A DNA stretch of 64,000 bases, taken from the NCBI RefSeq assembly GCF_006345805.1, contig NW_021831859.1, forward strand, positions 1-64,000. Reading direction: 5' to 3'. Source of the DNA: Octopus sinensis (lineage: Eukaryota). Under the pieces are notes generated by a model, which was given only the letters and a program-made list of their open reading frames with translations, searched no databases and had not been told where the DNA came from. The translations under genes were made by a program, and so were the position numbers. Below, piece after piece: positions 1 through 13,230 of this stretch. Positions within the stretch are counted from its first letter, which is position 1. Each line of letters starts with the position of its first letter.

Positions 1-119
1 GGTGTGTGTGTGTGTGTGTGGTGTGTGTGTGTGTGTGTCACTCACAACAGGTCTTTAAATAAAACATGACACGAGGCAAGAAAAGCCGGTTTAAAATCAT
101 TCCAGTACAATCTAAAAAA

Positions 120-715
120 GCAGAGCTCTTAACAATAATATCAGATTAAAGTTTCTGAAAACACTTGTCTGATTTTAGCACCGTATGGATCTGGGAGCTT
201 GGTCCAAAGAGCAAAAGACACGGCCAAACTGGAAGCATTTGGAACAATGTGGCACCGAAGAGAACTGAGGGTGCGCTGGACTAATTATTGAAGATTTGTT
301 GGAGTTAACGAAGTCTGCCATCGAAGAGGAGGAGGAAGCGCTAGATCTAGAGGAAGAGGAAGGTGGGGTGGGTCTGGCAGTCGAACGTCTGTCCGACCAT
401 TGCGTCCACAAGATGTTGGAAAGAGTTCCGAATATAAGTCCAACTAATTATTGGACTAATTATTGAAGAAACGAATCAGTCCTCGTACTTGTAGAAATAG
501 GGAAAAAAAGAGAATTTTTAGCAACTTTCGAAGAGAAAAAAAATCTACAGTAATTTGGATCTTTCATGAGGGCCCAGAATCTCAGTATCCACATCCTGGA
601 AATGAGGAAAGGTGGTGGGGGGCGAGAAGACATTGGCTGGCAACATCAAAGACTGGATCGGAAGACCTCTGGTTGAATATTTAATAGATGAAGAGAGACG
701 GTGCATTCATCCATG
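120..715 (+). mobile_element. Decayed RTE-clade LINE ORF2 C-terminal fragment
   Basis: Broken frames give RLKFLKTLV..YGSGSLVQRAKDTAKLEAFGTMWHRRELRVRWT and KTLAGNIKDWIGRPL, resembling the RTE post-RT region. Confidence 0.55.
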
Positions 716-1023
716 GTCCCCGACTTTCAGTAAGAACGATAAATCTTTTATTTGTTACTTGTTTCAGTCGTTACACTGTGGCCATGCTGGGGCACCACAT
801 CCAGGATTTTTTATTTGAATGAATTGACACCAAGACTTATCTTTTTAAGCCTTTCGCTTCCTTTTTGCCGAACCGCTCATATTACAGGGACATAAACGCA
901 CCAACACCGGTTGTAGTGCCTTAGTGGGGAGGTCAATCACGAACGCAGACACACACACACACACACACACATAACAACAGATGGATAATGTATCAATTCA
1001 CTACAGCTGTTTCCAACGAACTT

Positions 1024-1067
<44 letters not shown>

Positions 1068-1073
1068 CACGCA

Positions 1074-1510
1074 CAGTGGTTCCCCGATATTTGTGGGGGT
1101 TACGTTCCTAGAACACCCGCAAATAATGAAAAACCGCGAATACTGGACGTGGTCCATAAAAATGCCTATAATGTCAAAATATAACGTAAAATATTATATA
1201 TATATAATCTTATAAAAAATAAAGTAAAATAGTTCTCACCAATAATGAATGATATTGATTTAAGGCGATGGGGATGACATTAATGAAGGAAATGAGCGCG
1301 CACCGAAGAAGATTTAAAACTCTTCAGGTGACGCCTCTTCTTCAGGTGTTTTAGGGGATGTCGTCGTATCTCCGTGCAAGGCTTTCTTTGCGACCTTAAG
1401 AAAAATTGTGATGGGAAGTTGGTGACGTTGTTACTTCGCTGGTGGTTGGTTGAGAAGAGTTTTATATGTCCGCATGGCAGCATCGATGGCATTTTTAAAT
1501 TGGAGAGACC
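1074..1510 (-). mobile_element. pogo/Tigger-like DNA transposon remnant
   Basis: Terminus CAGTGGTTCCCCGATATTTGTGGGGGTTACGTTCC; minus-strand NAIDAAMRTYKTLL..QRHQLPITIFL resembles pogo transposase C-termini. Confidence 0.5.
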
Positions 1511-1518
1511 GAACCGTG

Positions 1519-1552
<34 letters not shown>

Positions 1553-1900
1553 AAGGTGATGATGATGATGATTAAGGTGATGATGGTGATGATGATGATG
1601 ACGATGATGATGATAAGGAGGAGGAGGAAGAAAAAGAAGAAGGAGGAGGAGGAGGAGGAGGAGGAGGAGCAGAAGAAGGAGGAGGAGGAGGATGAGGTGG
1701 AGGAGAAGAAGAAGAAGAATGATTTCAAGTTATGGCACAAGGCCAGCAATTTCGGGGGAGGCTTAAGTCGATTACATCGACTCCAATACTCAACTGGTAC
1801 TTATTTTATCGAGCCGAAAAACAATGAGTCCAACAAACCGACGAACGAAACAGCATGCATTTTGTTGGACTCATTATTATGAATAAAAATTATATACGCA

Positions 1901-1936
<36 letters not shown>

Positions 1937-3041
1937 GACCCCAGTGTTCAACAGGTACTTATTTCATTGACCACGGAAGGATGAAATGAAGAGAAGGGGT
2001 AAAGAAATAATAAGTAGAGAACAAATAAAGGAGAAATATAGAGGGATATGTTGCTTGAAAAAAGGGTCAAAGGCCTGGAAGTAGATTTCTGTATTGAAGC
2101 AAAGTGCAAGGTGAACTAAATGTTCAAGCTATACAGACTGGTTTTAATCACTTATATGAACTAAAGGTGTGTTTCTGCCAGTGTTTACATTTGTAAGATA
2201 GCTCTTATAAGTGTGTTAACGAAGTGATTCTTAGAGAAGAGAATAAGGAAGAGTTCAGAGTTGCAAATGTTACAAAATCCCTTGCCCTTATCATAAGGGA
2301 AAGAGATGGACAGATGGACACTTATAGAGCGATCTTACAAATGTAAGCATTGGCAGAAACACACCTTTAGCTCATATAAGTGATTTATACCTGTCTGAAA
2401 CCGGTACTAAAATGTTCTTCATGATAAAATTATTTTAGCATTTTTCTACCTTCTCTTATTTTCCTTATACATGTCAGCTCGTGTGTTCCTTTTCAACATT
2501 ATACATACTTTTTTTTCTTTTATCTTTTACTTGTTTCAGTCATTTGACTGCGGCCATGCTGGAGCACCGCCTTTAATCGAGCAACTCGACCCCGGGACTT
2601 ATTCTTTGTAAGCCCAGTACTTATTCTATCGGTCTCTTTTGCCGAACCGCTAATTGACGGGGACGTAAACACATCAGCATCGGTTGTCAAGCAATGTTAG
2701 GGGGACAAACACGGACACACAAACACACATGCACACATATATATATACATACATATATACGACGGGATTCTTTCAGTTTCCGTCTATCAAATCCACTCAC
2801 AAGACTTTGGTCGGCCCGAGGCTATAGAAGAAGACACTTGCCCAAGATGCCACGCAGTGGGTTTGAACCCGGAACCATGTGGTTGGTAAACAAGCTACTT
2901 ACCACACAGCCACTCCTGCGCCTAACAAAATAAAACTTATTTTATTCAAAACTGCGTTGAAAAATGAGTGCATTTTTCGCCCTTATATCTCCCACTTGAT
3001 TTGTACGGATAACTTTACAGCACATGTTTATATATGCTTAG

Positions 3042-3124
<83 letters not shown>

Positions 3125-3559
3125 CTTTATGTATACCTGTATACATATACGAGGTATGAATTTAAAACATTTTTCTTAGCTGAGAATTCAACAGACGCTG
3201 CTGAGACAGTGAGATAATTCTGCCAAAATATTCCAGACTGTGTGTTTTAGGCAAGAAGGGGGAAAAAAACTAACTCCTTAAATAGCTTATGTACTGTTCT
3301 CAGCTGAATGACAATAAATATTTTAAAAAGAAAGAAAGAAAGAAGGAAAGAAAGATGTTTAAATTATATACACCTTGCGTATTTTCTTGTTTCTGGTCTA
3401 TAAAATTATATCTACTTAAACACCACATACAACTACATATATATATATATAGTTGTGTGTACGTATCACATATAATATGCCTGTGCGTGTATGTATATAT
3501 ATATATACATATATATACATGCATACATACATACATACATACATACATACATACATACA

Positions 3560-3592
<33 letters not shown>

Positions 3593-3627
3593 GTATAAAC
3601 ATACAGATAGACAAGCAGACGTCTAAG

Positions 3628-3658
<31 letters not shown>

Positions 3659-3678
3659 ACGTGTCTCTGTGTTTGGTT

Positions 3679-3819
<141 letters not shown>

Positions 3820-4178
3820 GTACATTTCTTGAAGTTTATATGAACTGTCGTACAGTTGATATTTCGGCGTAAAATGCCTTAGTCATAGCTTGGAGAAGAA
3901 CAATTTTCTCGTAGAAAGGAATTAACGTATGCTATCAGTTGTTGAAACTGAGGTATAACCATGGTATCTTTCTTGTTTTGTAACTTTTGTGAAATGAAAA
4001 TTCCTAAACATACACCCGACGAAAGAGTTTTATACACACACGCGCGCGCACACATCTCCTTCAGTGATTATCCTGGTGATAATGTCTCTTGATTTTGTCT
4101 CTCTTTCTTCTCTTTCATTCTTCTCTGTTTCTCACAACTCGTTATTGTCGTGCAATAGCAGCAATCAGTCTTTCTCTT

Positions 4179-4228
<50 letters not shown>

Positions 4229-4371
4229 TTCTGTAGTCACTAACAAAAGTAAACACCAAACTAATATCGTATTCACCTAACGCTCAAGATTTACATTCCG
4301 GATTAATGTCCACATCAGTCGGATTAACCTCGTCATACATTAAGGAAGCAGCAACATGCCACAATATTACT

Positions 4372-4414
4372 TCATCCTGAAGATTAGACTGTGAAGATCT
4401 AGAAACGTTGATGG
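4372..4414 (+). ncRNA. Minimal type I hammerhead ribozyme motif (Penelope-like terminal repeat remnant)
   Basis: TCATC-CTGAAGA-T-TAGACT[GTGA]AGATCTA-GAAA-CG-TT-GATGG. Stem I 5 bp, stem II with GNRA loop, palindromic ACGU stem III, GUU site; AATAAA about 25 nt downstream. Confidence 0.7.
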
Positions 4415-4961
4415 TGGATTTAAGAAGCTTACTTTTGCCAATAAACTGCAAGGAAATCACCCGACAAAAACTTCCATTAGAAATGACAAAAATACATGTT
4501 TAAAAGATATCTCTCTGCCCAAATATTCAAATATATATATATATAAAAGTACAAAGTGATGTATATATGTATATATGCATATTCTTGTATATGTGTACCT
4601 TCTTTAATATTCATATTTGCATTTTATATCTTCATTTTATACCTTTATAATTGTACTTTATAATCTCTGACGAGGCCTTGAGATATATATGTATAAGTAA
4701 CTCATTTTTAACTGTATATTACCTCAATACATCTGACTAATATGGGCATAATGAGATACTCATATCTGTAAGATCCATTTTATATGTATTATTCTCATGG
4801 TATTATCTTACTTATTGATGTATATTGTTTTATTCTGTATTATTCTGTTGGATTTGGATGTTCCTATTTAATCTAAATAATTAGTTAATAAATTATATGA
4901 ATTGGTATTATCTGGTAGTTGATGATTGAAAGAAACTTATTCCTCCATTTTCTTATTTTGT

Positions 4962-5078
<117 letters not shown>

Positions 5079-5586
5079 CGTCCAAAGTTCAAACCCCGTC
5101 GGGGTCAACTTTGCTTTTCATCCCTCTCGGACCGGCAAAATGGGGAACCAGTCAGCAACTACAGTTGATGTAATCGGTTAGCTTCTCCCATTAAAATTGG
5201 AGATATTGTACCTTAATAAAATGTGTATATGTACGTATGTATGTTTAAATGTATGTATGTATGTTCGTATGTATATAAGCGATATACGACAACACATCCA
5301 CATGCTTTATAGTATCTCAGTCGTACATAATAACCATACACAGAGAATTTTAAATTAGCTTTCATTACAACACAAACTGAAGTAAACTACAACCAGTGCG
5401 TGTGTGACTACTGGCAATATGAACGTCCCAACGTAGAACAATATTAGCATACAGCTTCAGATCAAGAATCTTGCAAAACAACTTTAAAAAAACAATAGAA
5501 ATTCACCACACCACCGCCTCCCCACTATCAGAATGCAAAAATTAAGTATTTCAGTTTGAAAGCATGCATAATTTTCCATTAACATC

Positions 5587-5651
<65 letters not shown>

Positions 5652-5662
5652 CGGGGGGAGAG

Positions 5663-5761
<99 letters not shown>

Positions 5762-6184
5762 TGTCTTTAGTGTCTTGCTTTATTCTTACTGTCCTGTTCT
5801 TGTTACCATTTTCACCCTCCGCAAAAAATCCCAAATTTTATTTAATTTGCTTTGCGGGAAGGACTGTTTCAACGAAGTCGCGTCTTGTCCTTACCTTCGT
5901 AACGCGGAGTAGATGAAACAGGGACAACTGAAGAAGGGGAATATTCCATATGTTGTATATCTTGTTCGAAAAAAGTTCGTTTCCATATTTTTGTTTTTAT
6001 GTTTTCGTTTCTCATTGCGTTCAACGTTTTTTTTAATGTCCTGTACCCATATATGCATGTATATATACATATAGATGTAGGTATGTACATATATGTATGT
6101 ATATATGCATATATTTATATATTATTATATTATTATATGATCGAACGCCACGAAGATTTATAATAATTAAAAAAATTAAAGAGA

Positions 6185-6657
6185 CATACATACATTCATA
6201 CACACATACATACATACATACATAAATATATACATACATACATACATACATAAATAATACATTCATACATACATGCACAATACATACATACATACATACA
6301 TACATAAATATATACATACATACATACATACATGCATGCATACATACATGCATACATACATACACATACATACATACATGCATACATACATACATACATA
6401 CATACATACATACATACATACACACACACATACATACATACATACATACATACATACACACATACATACATACATACATACATAAATATATACATACATA
6501 CATACATACATAAATAATACATTCATACATACATGCACAATACATACATACATGCATACATACATACACACATACATACATACATACATACATACATACA
6601 CACACACATACATACATACATACATACATACATGCAAACATACATACATACAAACAT

Positions 6658-6690
<33 letters not shown>

Positions 6691-6705
6691 TACATACATA
6701 CATTT
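6185..6705. repeat. (TACA)n tetranucleotide tract
   Basis: Direct inspection; an interrupted block is repeated at about 6221 and 6481. Confidence 0.97.
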
Positions 6706-7126
6706 ATATGTGGTGGACATCCATACACTTTCCGTCTATCAAATTCTGAAGGCACTGATCGGCCCGGGTTTATAACGGAAGACACCTACCCACGGCGCCG
6801 TGCAGTGGGACCGAACCCGAATGACGTGGATGCAAAGCAAATTTCTTAACCACACAGCCATAGCCATAATTTCAAATTTAGGCACAAAGCCACCAACTGC
6901 ATCGATAATTTATAATCAACAAAATATCGTTCATTTATTGATTAGTGTTTAAAGTTTTTGTAAATTAGAAGACTTTATGTTTTAAAGTTATCAGACATGT
7001 TGAAGATGGAGAAAAAAAACTATTCTAAATTGTATTTGTGATGCGAATATCATTTTACGTAAGAAAGAAAGAATGGAAATATCGGAGAGACTGAACGTTT
7101 GCTAGAATTGTACATCACAGTGATCG

Positions 7127-7409
7127 ATAGTGGTGGTGGTGGTGATGATGATGATGATGAGATGTGATGATGATGATGATGACGACGACGACGACGACGA
7201 CGGCGGTGGTGGTGGTGGTGATGATGATGATGAGGAGGAGGAGGAGGATAATGAAGGGGAAGATAGCGAAGAGAACGATGATGATGATGATGGTGGTGGT
7301 GGTGGTGGTGGTGGTGGTGGTGATGATGATGATGGTGATGATGATGATGATGGTGGTGATGATGATAATGATGATGATGATGTGGTGGTGGTGGTGATGG
7401 TGATGATCG

Positions 7410-7477
<68 letters not shown>

Positions 7478-7498
7478 GTGGTGATGATGATGATGATA

Positions 7499-7531
<33 letters not shown>

Positions 7532-7594
7532 GTGGTGATGATGATGATAATGATGATGATGATGATGATGACGGTGATGATGATATCGATGATG

Positions 7595-7677
<83 letters not shown>

Positions 7678-7691
7678 GATGATGATGATGA

Positions 7692-7750
<59 letters not shown>

Positions 7751-7790
7751 CGACGACGACAACGTGGACGATGACGATGAAGATGACGAT
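7127..7790. repeat. (GAT/GGT)n trinucleotide tract
   Basis: Direct inspection; source of the poly-H/M/D/I ORFs. Confidence 0.97.
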
Positions 7791-8623
7791 TTGTAAAAGT
7801 CAGAGAGCCCAACATAAGCTATTTATGTGAGACGTTAAGCTCTTTTGACCAATATTTTTACTTCCTATTTTTTCTTCTATATGCTGAAAGCCTGAAATTT
7901 AAAGAGGGGGATAGTCAATTATATCGATCCTATAGTCACCTGCAACAAGGACAAACAAGGACAGACAAACAGATTAAGTCAATTATATCGACCCCAGCGC
8001 GTAACTGGTACTTATTTAATCGACCCCGAAAGGATGAAAGGCAAAGTAGACCTCGGCGGAATTTGAACTCAGAACGTAACGGCACACGAAATACTGCTAC
8101 GCATTTCGCCCGGCGTGCTAACGATTCTGCCAGCTCGCCGCCTTAGATCACGAACAAAACGTTACAAGTAACGTATAAGAGGACATGCTTTTAAGATGCG
8201 CCGGGTGTTGAATTAATGACACAAGGGACATAACTCTTCAATACGCTTATTGGTAGAAAAAGATCAGACGTAGAAATGGTGTGGATCCTTCCACAAATGG
8301 AAAATGATTGTCAGAGTAGCAATCCTTTGGTGCCTTAATAGGACACACAACACACAACGGCTGGCTTTCTCTTGGAAGCGATATAAGGAAGAAGAATATA
8401 GTAAAATTACACGACGTTCGCTTGGATTAGTTTGTTTTTTAATTCCTTTTAAATTGTCTCCCTTTGATTGATCCCCAAAGTTGCATTGAGATTTCGATTC
8501 TGGATTCGATAAAATCAGAGGCTTGGATCGATCTGATCGATTCCTTTCTCGCATAAAAAAAAACGGTGAGATTGTTTTTATATTTGAAATGTTTACGAAC
8601 CAAATCGAACGCGTTATAACAGA

Positions 8624-9023
8624 ACTAGCAGTATCGCCCGGCGTTGCTCGGGTTTGTTTCGACCCTTTAGAATTGGAATTTTTGAAAAGTAAAAATTTTG
8701 CATTATGTAGCTTGTTATTCTCTTTAAGTGAACATTTTTCTGGTTGAAATACACCGAAAAACGGCGACACAGCAGTCAAAAGATCGTAAAAAGAATAGGG
8801 ATTTTCATAGGAAAAAAGCACCTTTTTGATGCAAATAATTTTTGGTGTTAACATGGTCCGATTTTAATTTTTTCTTCTATAGAAGGAAGAGCAAGCCTTC
8901 TTCTATCATACTCTCAATTTTGGCCAACTTGCGCTGCAGGGTCTCGGAGGAGATAGTGTTAGTTGAAGGCTACCAAACCTGCCATACACTGAAGACAACT
9001 TCAGCTTTATATAGAAAGAGATT
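8624..9023. mobile_element. Non-autonomous Helitron2/Helentron-like element (copy 1)
   Basis: Begins ACTAGCAGTATCGCCCGGCGTTGCTCGGG (subterminal hairpin) and ends CAGCTTTATATAGAAAGAGATT; near-identical copy at 14229-14585; no TSD. Confidence 0.6.
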
Positions 9024-9405
9024 AACATCCCTTGTATTTTGTATTTTTTACTTTTTTCAGTCGTCGGACTGCGACCATGCTGCAGCACCACTTTGAAGGA
9101 TTTCAGTAGAAGCGAATCGATCCCAGGACTTAGTACTTATTCCATTGTTCTCTGTTTCCGAACCGCTAAGTTATGTGAGCATAGACAAACAAACACCAGT
9201 TGTCAAGCAGTACAAAGACACATACACACAAACATTTTAGGAGTGGCTGTGTGGTAAGTAGCTTGCTTACGAACCACATGAATCCGGGTTCAGTCCCACT
9301 GCGTGGCACCTTGGGCAAGTGTCTTCTACTATAGCCTCGGGCCGACCAAAGCCTTACGAGTGGATTGGATTTGGTAGACGGAAACTGAAAGAAGCCTGTC
9401 GTATT

Positions 9406-9449
<44 letters not shown>

Positions 9450-9934
9450 GGTATTTGTCCCCAAACATCGCTTGGCAACCGATGCTGGTGTGTTTACGTC
9501 CCTGTCACTTAGCAGTTCGGCAAGAGAGACCGATAGAATAAGTACTAGGCTTACAAAGAATAAGTCCTGGGGTCGATTTGCTCGACTAAATGCGGTGCTC
9601 CAGCATGGCCGCAGTCAAATGACAGAAACAAATAAAAGAAAAAAAGAAAGAATGTGTGTGTGTGTGTGATCCAGATATTGAAATCTCGGTCGCTGCACTA
9701 AATGTTTAATCAAGCGGAACGAACAAACAACATCATAAACACCCACGAGACTTTTGTCGCCCGGTGGCAATAGAAGAAAATTGCCCAAGGTGTGTCAGAC
9801 AGTGGGGATTGAACCCGGAACCATGTGGTGGAAAGCGAACTTCCTCCCACGTATCGAAAATGTTTAATACGTCCATTTTGTTCGCTGGGTCCATGGGGCC
9901 GACAGACAGACGTTTTTTGTTTTTTTGTTTTTGG

Positions 9935-10345
9935 CTGTATGGTAAGTAGCTTGCTAACCAACCACATGGTTCCGGGTTCAGTCCCACTGCGTGGCATCTT
10001 GGGCAAGTGTCTTCTGCTATAGCCCCGGGCCGACCAATCCCTTGTGAGTGGATTTGGTCGATGGAAACTGAAAGAAGCCTGTCGTATATATGTATATATA
10101 TATATGTATATATGTGTATGTGTGTTTGTGTGTGTGACTGTGTTTGTCCCCCTAGCATTGCTTGACAACCGATGCTGGTGTGTTTATGTCCCCGTTACTT
10201 AGCGGTTCGGCAAAAGAGACCGATAGAATAAGTACTGGGCTTACAAAAAGAATAAGTCCCGGGGTCGATTTGCTCGATTAAAGGCAGTGCTCCAGCATTG
10301 CCGCAGTCAAATGACTGAAACAAGTAAAAGAGTAAAAAGAGTAAA
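9935..10345 (+). mobile_element. tRNA-headed SINE with an internal (TA/TG)n linker and a conserved 3' module (representative copy)
   Basis: Head GGCTGTGTGGTAAG...GGTTCAGTCCCAC, tail GTGCTCCAGCATGGCCGCAGTCAAATGACTGAAACAAGTAAAAGAG. Other copies at about 2523-2922(-), 9240-9635(+), 12540-12945(-), 20610-21027(-), 43298-43690(+), 46020-46542(-), 48960-49350(-), 63165-63570(-). Confidence 0.85.
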
Positions 10346-10525
10346 GAGATATTACTTGTTACTCGTTTCATTCTCAAATACATTTAGAAAATAAACACAA
10401 ACTCAAATACCAAAAAAGTAACAGAAAATGATAAATTAGTTTTATCTTAATTTCTGTAATGAGAAGTTATCGTTCTTATAAAATGATATAACCAGACTAG
10501 TGTCACCATCTTTGTCGTTATAGCT

Positions 10526-10754
10526 TTAACTCTTTAGCATTTGAACTGGCCATATCCGGCCAAAAGTATTCTACCTGTTTTATGTTCAAACTGGCCAGAT
10601 CTGGTCTCTCACACCAATCCTACAATATCGTTTTAAAAATTAACAGCTACCTCATCAAAATCTCATAGATCTAAGATAATGCATGATTAGTTCAAGGCAA
10701 TGTGGATAAAAAAGGATTCATTTTGGCAGAATAATGCGAACACTAAAGGGTTAA
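10526..10754. mobile_element. piggyBac-like MITE family 1 (other copies at about 36396-36625, 47371-47599, 55835-56059)
   Basis: TTAA-C(C/T)CTTTAG...CTAAAGGG-TTAA termini and a shared ~230-bp body. Confidence 0.75.
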
Positions 10755-11007
10755 TGCGTCGGCCATTGTGTCGTTGTTTCTTTTGGTATTTTTCTCGGAT
10801 GATTCTCATATTTGGGAATATTCTCGGAATTTCGACCTGGACTCTCTATTAAAACTCGTTCAGTTGTTATTTATTAGCAACGCTTCTGGTTGTGATTTTG
10901 TTTGTTCGTTCCGCTTCATTAAATATTTAGTACAGTAGTTTAGCTAGAGGCCGTATTTCAATATCACGATCATATATACAATGTGTGTGTGTGTGTGTGC
11001 GTGTGTG

Positions 11008-11290
<283 letters not shown>

Positions 11291-12027
11291 ATGGATGTGT
11301 GTTCTTTTGACTAAGAAAGATAGTTTCACAAATGAGTTCCTTGGCGCAGGCTGGGACATTGCAACGGTCTTGTTTAAGCTAACAGTGAGTCCGATTGCAG
11401 AAATATGAACCATGAGAATTTACGCCGTCAACCGTATGAACTATTAAGTTGCAATCATCCCCACATGAAGGAGGTCGCGAATAGGCGACATTCCAAACCT
11501 ACGCGAATACCACATGGAGTTTAACCGAAACATACACAAACAAATACCTCGGTATATATATATACACCTAGCATTGGGCTTAGTTGTCCAGCCAAATGCC
11601 CATCCCTACATTCCCCACCATACAGTATCAATGCACACATTTCAACCAAATACAAATACTAACTCCTTAATCCGGCACACACTCCCAGAAAACTCTTGTA
11701 GTCTTATGACCTCCCACATGCCATTTGATATCAAGGAATGCAACGCTTCATTTGTCTCTTGTTCAGTTCGTTTCGTCTTCTTTGACAACAACCACAACTT
11801 GGACGTACTTTTTCACCTCTAATAACAGAGAGCAGTCGCCGCATTTTCTTACATAACTGCTAGCTCTGATGCGTGCAGGGTTACACAATGGGGCTGTTAT
11901 CTAACATCCGGTTTAACACCCAGTGCAAAACCTATTGGTAAGACCAGCCGTAATGGGTATATAATACTGTACACTTCAATATACATATATATATAAATAT
12001 ATATATGGGTTTTTTTGGCTTTTTAGA

Positions 12028-12029
<2 letters not shown>

Positions 12030-12070
<41 letters not shown>

Positions 12071-12077
12071 GGTGGTG

Positions 12078-12119
<42 letters not shown>

Positions 12120-12179
12120 CTGGTGCTGGTGGTAGTGGTGGTGGTGGTGGTAGTAGTAGTAGTAGTGGCGGTGGCGGTG

Positions 12180-12219
<40 letters not shown>

Positions 12220-12300
12220 CGGTGGTGGTGGTGGTGGTAGTAGTAGCGCTGATGGTGGTAACAGCAGCGGCGGCAGCAGTTACAGTAGTTGCAATAACAG
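12030..12300. repeat. (GTA/GGT)n tract
   Basis: Direct inspection. Confidence 0.95.
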
Positions 12301-13155
12301 TTGTAGCTAAGGCGGCGAGCTGGCAGAATCGTTAGCGCGCCGGACAAACTGCTTAGTGGCATTTCGTCCGCCTCCACGTTCTGAGTTCAAATTCCGTCGA
12401 GGTCGACTTTACCTTTCATCTTCCCAAGGTCGATAAAATAAGTACCAGTTGAATACTGGGGGTCAATGTAATCGACTAGCCCGCACCTCGAAATTGCAGG
12501 CCTTGTGCCAAAATTTGAAATCAATATCAGTTGTTGTAGTCTTTTACTTGTTTCAGTCATGTGACTGTGGCCATGCTGGAGCACCGCCTTTAGTCGAGCA
12601 AATCGACCCCAGGACTTATTCTTTGTAAGCCTAGTACTTATTCTATCAGTCTCTTTTGCCGAACCGCTAAGTGACGTGGACATAAACACACCAGCATCGG
12701 TTGTCAAGCAAAGCTAGGGGGACAAACACAGACACACAAATATACACGCACACACATATATATATATATATACATATATACGACGGGCTTCTTTCAGTTT
12801 CCGTCTACCAAATCCACTCACAAGGCTTTGGTCGTCCTGAGGCTATAGTAGAAGACACTTGCCCAAGGTGCCACGCAGTGGGACTGAACCCGGAACTATG
12901 TGGTTGGTAAACAAGCTACTTACCACACAGCCACACCTGCGCCTGTGCAGTGTTTAAATCTAAAAGAAATCCTAAACTTAAAATGAATTTAACAGTTTTT
13001 TGTTATTTTTATTTTCTTTTTTTATGTTATTAAATAACCCTTTCACAAAATGAAATATAATTTTAAATGGTTCGTGTAAAGATCCGTCACTGACCTCTGC
13101 AGTCAAGCAGTTGGTCTCTGTAGTCAAACACAACTTGTACAAAGTCAAGGACAAA

Positions 13156-13230
13156 ATGTCGGTCTGTCATTTCGTGTCAAACAATTGTCTGACTGTTTTG
13201 AGTCGTTTGGGACGTCGATGTATCTTAAAT
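13156..13230 (+). CDS. IDH3G: IDH3G exon 1 ([25 protein letters not shown]), start of mitochondrial presequence
   Basis: caaaATG context; Arg/Ser/Leu-rich with no acidic residues; ends at a phase-0 GTAAGT donor matching the phase-0 exon 2. Confidence 0.85.

Noticed and set aside
46-111. Minus-strand 66-nt exon candidate ending at GTGAGT
   Set aside because: Adjoins the decayed plus-strand RTE fragment, the peptide is unrecognised and there is no partner exon.
4181-4239. Minus-strand (GA)n exon with AG/GTAAGA boundaries
   Set aside because: Mostly microsatellite, and no phase-consistent chain to other candidate exons.
4660-4700. CTGACGAGGCC, a hammerhead-like 5' half
   Set aside because: No closing GGCC-GAAA downstream.
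8480-8566. Plus-strand exon candidate (ccccaaag ... ACG/GTGAGA)
   Set aside because: Stops in all three frames from that acceptor; at best non-coding.
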